A stretch of DNA of 64,000 nucleotides from the NCBI GenBank assembly GCA_003660975.1, contig QMVG01000001.1:183900-247899 (forward strand), given 5' to 3'. A program made the translations under genes and the position numbers. Below are positions 19,255-25,919 of the stretch, piece by piece. The stretch comes from Candidatus Micrarchaeota archaeon. Its GTDB lineage: Archaea; B1Sed10-29; B47-G15. Under the pieces are notes generated by a model. The model was not told the DNA's origin. It saw only the letters and a list, made by a program, of their open reading frames with translations, and did no database searches. Within the stretch, counting starts at the first letter, position 1; each line of letters begins with the position of its first letter.

Positions 19255-19970
19255 AAAAAGTGTTCCTCTGCCCGCGCTGTGGCTCCAGGAATATTGATTA
19301 CGCTAGCATCTCATCTGCTTCTCAAACATTCCTCGGTCTGGGCCTTCCAGAGCTCTTTTACTGCAAAGATTGTGGCTATCTTGGTCCTCTAGTAATTGAA
19401 ATAGACAGCAAGGGGGAAAGACATTACAAGCAGTTTGTGAAAAGAAGAAAAAAACCCAGTGAGAATGAAATTAAAAGCAGAGGAAAGCACTCTGTTATAA
19501 GGCCAGTCTTTCTAGCAGTGCTGCTCTTTTTCTTTGTTAGTGCGGTCTTTTTTATGCTATCTCCTACGAGCCAAGGTCTGGCTGTTTCAAGCGTCGTAGA
19601 TAATAAAGCAAATATAGTGGTTGGTGTTGAGAATGTCAGCAAAAGAGTTCCTGCCTTAAAAGAGAGCACACTTGCTTTTAATGCCTCTGGCGGAAAAGTA
19701 TATGTGAGAATCATTGATCAAGGAGATATGAAAGTCATAAAAGCAAGCGCTTTTAACATTGTGAAAAAGACAGATGTTGTAATATCAGATGAGAATAAGA
19801 AATTTATGGGGGTTATCACCTTAAACCCCCCTTCGCTTTTGGAGAGAAGCACAGGTGTCTCCTCTGTTACAGGCCTCTTTTACCACCTCTTTCTCATGTT
19901 TTTTGTTCTTGCCCTAATTGCTCTGATGATATACAGCCACTGGCAGAGGTTAAGGTCTTTCATATACTAA
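19251..19970 (+). CDS. Zn-ribbon membrane protein
   Basis: CPRCGS..CKDCGY at the N-terminus and two TM helices flanking an external segment. Confidence 0.65.
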   Translation: MKKVFLCPRCGSRNIDYASISSASQTFLGLGLPELFYCKDCGYLGPLVIEIDSKGERHYKQFVKRRKKPSENEIKSRGKHSVIRPVFLAVLLFFFVSAVFFMLSPTSQGLAVSSVVDNKANIVVGVENVSKRVPALKESTLAFNASGGKVYVRIIDQGDMKVIKASAFNIVKKTDVVISDENKKFMGVITLNPPSLLERSTGVSSVTGLFYHLFLMFFVLALIALMIYSHWQRLRSFIY

Positions 19971-20163
19971 TTAGTAAAAATTCGGCGAAACAATGTTTTT
20001 TGCTGCTTTTTTGTTCAAAAGGTGTTTTTTTCGCTATTTTTTACTGCTTGAGCCCCCACATCAGCGGAGTATTTAAATACTTTTACTATTTGGTGTAAAT
20101 AAGGACACGTAAAATGTGGGGTTTCGCTTCATTTAAATAGTTCTTTTACTTAATAGTACAAAT

Positions 20164-20532
20164 ATGAGATTTCACCACCAGAGGATTTCTGGGTCTATGG
20201 ACTTAGAGGAATTGCTGAGAACAATATATCCAAAACAGGGCAAATATAGGTTCGCAGCAGCATCGCTCATAAAAGCTGCTGGCTCTGAAGAGAGAGGTCT
20301 TGATGCTCATGGCCTGAACAAGCTCTGCGTTGAGAGAGGCATTTCAAGAGCCACAATGCAGAAGGTTTTTGTTCACCTGAGAGCCCTGGGCATGATAGAG
20401 AGAAGAAATGCCAGGTATTATGTGATAAAGGATTTTGCTTCTGCCCTGCGGAGGATGGGAGACGCGTGGAAGAGGATAGTAAATGAAAAGAGATTTGATT
20501 TTGACGAGTCAAAAATCAAGATAAGCATCTAA
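20164..20532 (+). CDS. Winged-helix DNA-binding protein
   Basis: GISRATMQKVFVHLRALGMIERRNARY wHTH pattern. Confidence 0.6.
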   Translation: MRFHHQRISGSMDLEELLRTIYPKQGKYRFAAASLIKAAGSEERGLDAHGLNKLCVERGISRATMQKVFVHLRALGMIERRNARYYVIKDFASALRRMGDAWKRIVNEKRFDFDESKIKISI

Positions 20533-21054
20533 TTTTTTGAGGTTTTCCTTTAGCAAATCGTCTTCTTCTTTTTGTTTCTTCACCTTTTTCTTCGGCTTTT
20601 TTGCTGAGCGCTCTAGTTTTTTAATGAAAAGGTAGGCATCTTTGCCTTTTCCGTAAAGGTCTTTTATCTCATCGTAAACCTTGTAGCCTTTTTTCTTAAA
20701 GAAAGGTATTAGCTTGTCTCCTTTTGGCAAAAATATACTCATCTGTTTGGCTTCTGCAAAGCGCTCTGCGTGCTCCAGCAAGGCGTCTTTGAGGTTTTTG
20801 GCCCTTGATCGCTTATCATAGCAAAAGAGGTCTATGCTCGCCTCCTCTCCCTTTGGCCTGACAACAATAAAGCCAAGAAGCTTTGTGCCTGAATCAGCAA
20901 CTAGGAGCAACCTCTCGTTGTTTACTATCCACTCTGTGAAAGGATAAGAAGAGAAAGCCCTACCTGTACTCGGTTTTGATGACCTGTAAAGCTTTGAGAG
21001 CTTGTTCAAGTCAGCCAGTTCCATCCACCTGATTTCAAACATCTGATGCACCAC
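20509..21054 (-). CDS. GNAT (RimI-like) acetyltransferase
   Basis: EIRWMELADL, LLGFIV, FFKKKGYKVYDEIKDLYGKGKDAY. Confidence 0.7.
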   Translation of the reverse strand: MVHQMFEIRWMELADLNKLSKLYRSSKPSTGRAFSSYPFTEWIVNNERLLLVADSGTKLLGFIVVRPKGEEASIDLFCYDKRSRAKNLKDALLEHAERFAEAKQMSIFLPKGDKLIPFFKKKGYKVYDEIKDLYGKGKDAYLFIKKLERSAKKPKKKVKKQKEEDDLLKENLKKLDAYLDF

Positions 21055-21345
21055 CTACTTTTTCTGCCCTTTTCCTTTTTCTATGCGCTCTATCCTGCGC
21101 AGTATGTTTTCAAAATCGTGAGCCAGATCTTCACCGTTTGCTGTTAGCCTTATTATCTTTATTCTTCCCTGCCCTTCTGTTGTTACAAGGCCTGCATTCT
21201 CTAAGGTATTGACTATATTTACTATGTGTGGGTACGTGCAGTCGATTTCTTTGGCCAGCATTGATGCATACCAAATTCTGTCCTTTTTTGCCAAAGAAGC
21301 TAGGGCATACACTGGTTTTCTGTTGAAGAAAAACCCCTCTAACAT
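21055..21345 (-). CDS. MarR-type wHTH regulator
   Basis: YASMLAKEIDCTYPHIVNIVNTLENAGLV..GRIKIIRLTANG. Confidence 0.85.
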   Translation of the reverse strand: MLEGFFFNRKPVYALASLAKKDRIWYASMLAKEIDCTYPHIVNIVNTLENAGLVTTEGQGRIKIIRLTANGEDLAHDFENILRRIERIEKGKGQKK

Positions 21346-21765
21346 AGGTCCACCTGTAAACTATATTATATAGTACACAAAAAACATATTTAAAACTTTC
21401 TACTGTAAAGGATAAAATTGAAAAGATATTACGTATAAAATAGTGTATGAGATATAAAATTTAAAATATAAAATATTTTAACTATGATTCTGAAATTTTT
21501 GTGTGAGAGTTTCCAAGGAGAAAATTTTTGAAAATTTTTGGGAAAAGTGAGAGCTAAAGGATAGGGTGAGAGGTGGAAGAAATCTGCGAGAAGAGAGGGC
21601 CAGGGCTTTTGGAATGTTTTGTGAGGGTTCTCGATTCCTGCAAGGGTGTGTGTTTATTCTATTTTTTCCTTGCTCCTATTTGTGAGACCTTTGCGTCTGT
21701 ATCGTGTGCTGGCTGTTGAAAACTGCTGAAAACTGTCTTTATTCTTTTTCCATCTTTCTCTTTTT

Positions 21766-21938
21766 CGTGTATTTTAGCGTGTAATGTGGCGTGTATTGCC
21801 GTGTAAAATAGCGTGTATTTCACAAAAAAAGCGTGTAAAAATCAAAAGGTATTTATATGAAGAAAGAAATAAAATCATTAGCTGTCTAAATATGTCTGTC
21901 GTGTAATCAGTGTGTAAAAAAGCGTGTGGTGCCGTGTA
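21766..21938 (+). repeat. Array of ten CGTGTA direct repeats (iteron/centromere-like) in two blocks flanking a promoter
   Basis: Exact CGTGTA at 21766, 21778, 21790, 21800, 21812, 21832, 21900 and 21933. One-mismatch copies at 21911 and 21923. Confidence 0.9.
21844..21858 (+). promoter_or_regulatory. BRE/TATA promoter of the AAA+ gene, lying between the repeat blocks
   Basis: aaaaggtaTTTATAT: purine-rich BRE followed by a TATA box. Confidence 0.55.
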
Positions 21939-23114
21939 ATGAAAACAGAGGGTATCGAAAAGCAGATCAATGACAAGATCGAGAGCTGGAGAAAGGAACA
22001 GGGTTGGGCCTGTTCTGATCCTTTCATCCATAGCACAGATGTAAGACTCTTTACTGGTTTTGAAGACATATTGGAAAAGATTTACATGTTTATAGAAATG
22101 GGGCAGAATTATGCTGTTTTGTATGGGGATTATGGCTTCGGAAAAACAATGATATTAAAAAAGATATGCCACGACCTATTGTGGAAATACAACATAGTCT
22201 ACTTTGAGGAACCAGTATCAAGAGATGAAATTTACAAAGAACTGTTGAAAAACTGTAGTTTAGGCTTTTTCTCTAGATTGCTTGGAAAAAAGCCAGGAAT
22301 AAAAGACTATGAAAAACTCGGAAACTGTATTGAAAAAAGAACTGTTCTTGTTTTTGATGAGGCACATTCTTTGAATGAGGCTGCTTTTTCTTACCTGCGC
22401 AGCTTGTCTGAAAACAGCAACAAATTTTCTATAATATTTGCTGGTAAGCCTGAAATCATCTCTATGGAATCTGAGAAGAGGTTGCCTCAATATCTCATAG
22501 ACAGGTTAAAACTTAGTTTGCCGCTGCGTGTAATGACTGACAGCGAAGCAGTTGAGCTCATAAAGAAGAGGGTTCGCTTTTTGGCAGACTCAGAAAATTA
22601 CCTGTTTGATGATGATGCAATAAAATATTTGGCCCATAAGTCAAAGTACGTACCAAGAGAAATTTTGGAAAATGCCAGCTCATTTGTTGAGTATGCTATT
22701 GAAAGAGGCATACACAGGATAGATGTAGAGCTTATAGAGAGGAAATTTACTTACGTAACGAGAAAGCAGGAGGAAGTTAGCCAGACGTATTTAACATTGG
22801 TGCAAGAAGCAAAAGCAGAGGTCTTAGATAGAAACACGTTCTTAAAAGAACTTTCGCCTTTGCAGAGGAGAATTGTGGAGGCTCTCTTCAAACACGGGAA
22901 GATGAGCACGCCGATGTTAGCAGAGTTATTAGGAGAAGACAGCGCTACGATAAGGCATATGATGCACAGGTTGCAGGGAAAATATGATGAACTTAGGCTA
23001 CGGCCGCGTATTGCTCATTTATATCCGTTGGTCATAGCTGAATCTGTTAAGGGTGTGCGGGGCAATGTCTTTTCCCTGACGCACCAAGCAAGGAAGGTTC
23101 TGTCAACAGATTGA
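21939..23114 (+). CDS. AAA+ ATPase (ExeA/Orc1-like) with C-terminal winged helix
   Basis: Walker A GDYGFGKT, Walker B VFDEAH, IIFAG, DRL Arg finger. C-terminal LSPLQRRIVEAL..STPMLAELLGEDSATIRHMMHRL. ATG at 21939. Confidence 0.8.
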   Translation: MKTEGIEKQINDKIESWRKEQGWACSDPFIHSTDVRLFTGFEDILEKIYMFIEMGQNYAVLYGDYGFGKTMILKKICHDLLWKYNIVYFEEPVSRDEIYKELLKNCSLGFFSRLLGKKPGIKDYEKLGNCIEKRTVLVFDEAHSLNEAAFSYLRSLSENSNKFSIIFAGKPEIISMESEKRLPQYLIDRLKLSLPLRVMTDSEAVELIKKRVRFLADSENYLFDDDAIKYLAHKSKYVPREILENASSFVEYAIERGIHRIDVELIERKFTYVTRKQEEVSQTYLTLVQEAKAEVLDRNTFLKELSPLQRRIVEALFKHGKMSTPMLAELLGEDSATIRHMMHRLQGKYDELRLRPRIAHLYPLVIAESVKGVRGNVFSLTHQARKVLSTD

Positions 23115-23142
23115 TTTAAATAAGTCTTGCGGAGGTGTTTAA

Positions 23143-23283
23143 ATGCAGTTGGGGGATTTGATAACTGTTGAGGAGCTCATGAAAACGCTCTCAAAGTACC
23201 CAGACCTAAATTTTCGTTTGGAGAGAAAAGAAGAAGTCAGGCTTTCCCTTGATGTTCAGGACAGGTTTGTTAGCTTATATTAG
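23143..23283 (+). CDS. Small hypothetical protein, 46 aa
   Basis: GGAGGTG RBS at 23131. Translation: MQLGDLITVEELMKTLSKYPDLNFRLERKEEVRLSLDVQDRFVSLY*. Confidence 0.65.
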   Translation: MQLGDLITVEELMKTLSKYPDLNFRLERKEEVRLSLDVQDRFVSLY

Positions 23284-23433
23284 ATTGGAATGTCTGGGTT
23301 GGAGGGGCCAGTTCCAGTATTCGCCTAGCATTCGTTCTGGTATCATCCGCCTTAATAATGTCTTTTCTTGCTTTGTTCATAGAAGCGAAAAGCATTTAAA
23401 GGTATATTGATTTACAAAAGATGAGGTGTAGTG

Positions 23434-23736
23434 ATGGCTATTAGGATATCAAAACTCTACGGTCTTGACATATATACAGACGGTGGGCGATATATAGGGA
23501 AGGTCCATGATATCATTTTAAATTTAGAAGAAGGTTCTGTTGTAAGGATAACTACAGAGCCTCTTAGAATGGTCCAGACAGAGCACGCAAAAAAGCTTCT
23601 ACAGGAAAAGACTGTTTTGTATAAAAATGTAAAATCAGTAGGGGATATCGTAATTGTGGGAAAAAGAGAGGTTCAGAAACCAAGAAAGGAAGAGAAAAAA
23701 GTAAAGAAAGGTTTTATGTCTAGATACTCTAAATAA
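23434..23736 (+). CDS. PRC-barrel protein (CdpB1-like cell-division factor)
   Basis: ISKLYGLDIYTDGGRYIGKVHDIILNLEEG..YKNVKSVGDIVIV. GAGGTG RBS. Confidence 0.85.
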   Translation: MAIRISKLYGLDIYTDGGRYIGKVHDIILNLEEGSVVRITTEPLRMVQTEHAKKLLQEKTVLYKNVKSVGDIVIVGKREVQKPRKEEKKVKKGFMSRYSK

Positions 23737-23851
23737 TTAATATCTAAACAATTAACATATGTGCAATATTTTTACAATTTTTATTCAACACAGTGGTTAA
23801 AAGAAACTCTCACCAAAAGGTTTTTTAACTTCCATAAAATATGATAGTTAT

Positions 23852-24496
23852 ATGGTTAGTTATAATCTATATGAGGCAGAAAAGATAGTCTTAGATTTTC
23901 TGCGCTTTCCGATCCCAAGAACAGCCAGCCAAATAGCAAAACAGCTGAGAAAAGAGCTTCCCTCATTTTACCAGAAAACAGGTATATATAGGACAGTGAA
24001 GCCATTAAGAGAAAACACATTAAAACCACTGTTGGAAAGAGGCCTAATTTTGCGATATGCCGTTGGAGAACCGTTTTGGAAGAGGGCAAGGGCTGTTTTG
24101 AGACAACACAACCTCAGAGTGGGGGGAAGAAAATCGAGGAAAGTTTCTGAGCTATATCAAATAAACTTCCTCTACCTTGGAAGGTCTCCTATGATATATA
24201 GCCTTCCTACTTTTCCAGACATAAATTTGGATTTAGTTGTTTTATTTTTCAATTTCGCCTCTCTAATTTCAAGAGAAACATACACATGGGATATTCTGAA
24301 CCTCTATCTCTGTTATTCTGATGAAAAAATGAGAGATGAGATACGACTAAAAATTCACCAGCTCAATTTCTCAGAAAGGGAAGTAAACATACTTGAAAAG
24401 GCTCTTGATTATTACCTTGAGTTTGCGGGCTTTTTCTCCAAATTTCCATTCAAAGCAAACCTCGATAAAGCATTGTCTTTATTGGAAGAAATTTAA
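23852..24496 (+). CDS. Hypothetical protein with N-terminal wHTH-like region
   Basis: IVLDFL..RTASQIAKQL..LKPLLERGLI. Confidence 0.55.
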   Translation: MVSYNLYEAEKIVLDFLRFPIPRTASQIAKQLRKELPSFYQKTGIYRTVKPLRENTLKPLLERGLILRYAVGEPFWKRARAVLRQHNLRVGGRKSRKVSELYQINFLYLGRSPMIYSLPTFPDINLDLVVLFFNFASLISRETYTWDILNLYLCYSDEKMRDEIRLKIHQLNFSEREVNILEKALDYYLEFAGFFSKFPFKANLDKALSLLEEI

Positions 24497-24562
24497 ATCC
24501 CGTTTAAGACACTAGCTGAGAATATTGTCTGGGAATACTGGAACTAAGGGGGTGCTCTGTAG

Positions 24563-24637
24563 TAGCGGGGGCTGGATTTGAACCAGCGACCTTCGGGTTA
24601 TGAGCCCGACGGGCACTCCTGGCTGCCCTACCCCGCT
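24563..24637 (-). tRNA. tRNA-Met (CAT), initiator type
   Basis: Reverse complement AGCGGGGTAGGGCAGCCAGGAGTGCCCGTCGGGCTCATAACCCGAAGGTCGCTGGTTCAAATCCAGCCCCCGCTA. A1:U72 pair and three G:C pairs in the anticodon stem. CCA not encoded. Confidence 0.96.
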
Positions 24638-24723
24638 ATGCGAGATGCCCGAAAATCAGCAATAACATTGATGTATATATCATTTATATAACTAACCTTT
24701 TAAAAAGCGAAGACCTTATTCTA

Positions 24724-24781
24724 AGTGGATGATGATAAAATTAAATCTGATTTAATGATGAGTGGTAGGCGGTCTGACATT
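24724..24781 (+). ncRNA. Box C/D guide sRNA
   Basis: C ATGATGA 24729, D' CTGA 24747, C' ATGATGA 24755, D CTGA 24774. Guides of 11 and 12 nt. Intergenic. Confidence 0.88.
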
Positions 24782-24816
24782 GCAAAAATTTTTAAATATC
24801 TTCTACCAAAAAATAA

Positions 24817-25398
24817 GTGATTGAAATGGCTCTTGGAAGCAAAGGAAGAAAAGCGCTTGAAAGGGCACGGAAAAAAGCAGATTTGATAGAAGGAAAAAAA
24901 GCCTTGGGCCCTCTCTCTGTTGAAGCATTAAAGAAAGCTAAAAGGCCTTTTCAGGAATTAAAGCTTCAAAAAAAGCCACCTCAACCCAGGCCAAGCCCAG
25001 AGGAAATAAAGAGGATGCAAGAGGAAAAGCGTTTTAACGAGGCCTGGAAAATCTTGAAATCATTACAAAAGGGGGCAGAGCGCTTTTCAAAGGAGGAAGA
25101 AGGAGATATAATTGAGAGGATGCACAAGAAAACAGGCCTTTCAAGAAGATACCTTCGTTTGTTAGTAACGCTTAACCCAGAGCTGTTCACAGAGAGGAAG
25201 GTAAAAAAAGCAATAAAACCTTTCCCAATAAAAGAGTCAGAGCTTGCTAAGATGGACGCAGAGGAAGTCAAAACATTTCTCAGAAGAAGGAACGCGGTCT
25301 TTGACGAGAGGGGATTTCCCATTATGAAGAGGATTAACGGCAGGCTCTGTGTTCTTGTTAAGGGAAAGAAAAAGACATATTGGAGGCCATTTGAATAG
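24817..25398 (+). CDS. Lys/Arg-rich hypothetical protein (start may be ATG 24826)
   Basis: Open frame with purine-rich coding bias. No recognised motif. Confidence 0.6.
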   Translation: MIEMALGSKGRKALERARKKADLIEGKKALGPLSVEALKKAKRPFQELKLQKKPPQPRPSPEEIKRMQEEKRFNEAWKILKSLQKGAERFSKEEEGDIIERMHKKTGLSRRYLRLLVTLNPELFTERKVKKAIKPFPIKESELAKMDAEEVKTFLRRRNAVFDERGFPIMKRINGRLCVLVKGKKKTYWRPFE

Positions 25399-25406
25399 GT
25401 GTTTAA

Positions 25407-25859
25407 ATGCCAAAGAAAACCAGCAGCAGACCTGTAAAAGAGAGCTTTGAGAAATTAAAAAAGGAAGAAAGCAAAGAACCAGATCTCAGAAAGCTCGCTA
25501 GTGCATTTAGGGAAAAGCACGGTGGAAGGCCTGTTGAGAACCTAGACGAGTTAATAAAGGAACAGTTACTGCTGGAAAGAGCAAGAGAAGAGGAAGCTTA
25601 TTTTAAATCAATGCTGAGGAAGGAATTAGAGGAGATCCCTGAAGCAAAGCCAATAGAGGAAGCGGTGAAGCCAATAAAAGGGAAGTTAGACAAAAAGACA
25701 GGCATCGCAGTCGTCGCCAAGCTGGGAAGCGTTCCAATATATGTGAAGCGCGTTGGAGGGGAATCCACATATTTCATAGCTCTGCGTGGTGGAGGCATAT
25801 TAATACTCCCAAAAGAGAAGGTCTTAAAGGCTCTGAAAAAAGCCAGTAAGGAGAAATAA
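25407..25859 (+). CDS. Charged hypothetical protein
   Basis: AGGTG RBS. Directly follows the previous gene. No recognised motif. Confidence 0.6.
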   Translation: MPKKTSSRPVKESFEKLKKEESKEPDLRKLASAFREKHGGRPVENLDELIKEQLLLERAREEEAYFKSMLRKELEEIPEAKPIEEAVKPIKGKLDKKTGIAVVAKLGSVPIYVKRVGGESTYFIALRGGGILILPKEKVLKALKKASKEK

Positions 25860-25919
25860 CTGCTTTTAACTTCCAAGCGTTGCACAAATTTTTAAAGCTC
25901 ACCCCAAGACAAGAAAATT

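Noticed and set aside
21505-21545. tttccaaggagaaa as a canonical ORB
   Set aside because: Spacing differs from TCCAnnnGAAA, there is no G-string, and it is a single copy.
21766-21938. Repeat array as a CRISPR
   Set aside because: Repeats are 6 bp with mostly 4-6 bp gaps, far too short for CRISPR, and no cas genes are present.
23284-23400. Hairpin gaatgtctggg..cctagcattc as an ncRNA, or a 36-aa minus-strand ORF
   Set aside because: Imperfect stem, no C/D or H/ACA boxes and no RBS. Too weak to call.
18636-24637. Integrated element at tRNA-Met carrying the AAA+ gene as Rep or TnsC
   Set aside because: By eye I found no duplicate of the tRNA 3' end, no integrase or transposase and no terminal repeats. 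Neighbouring genes look chromosomal.
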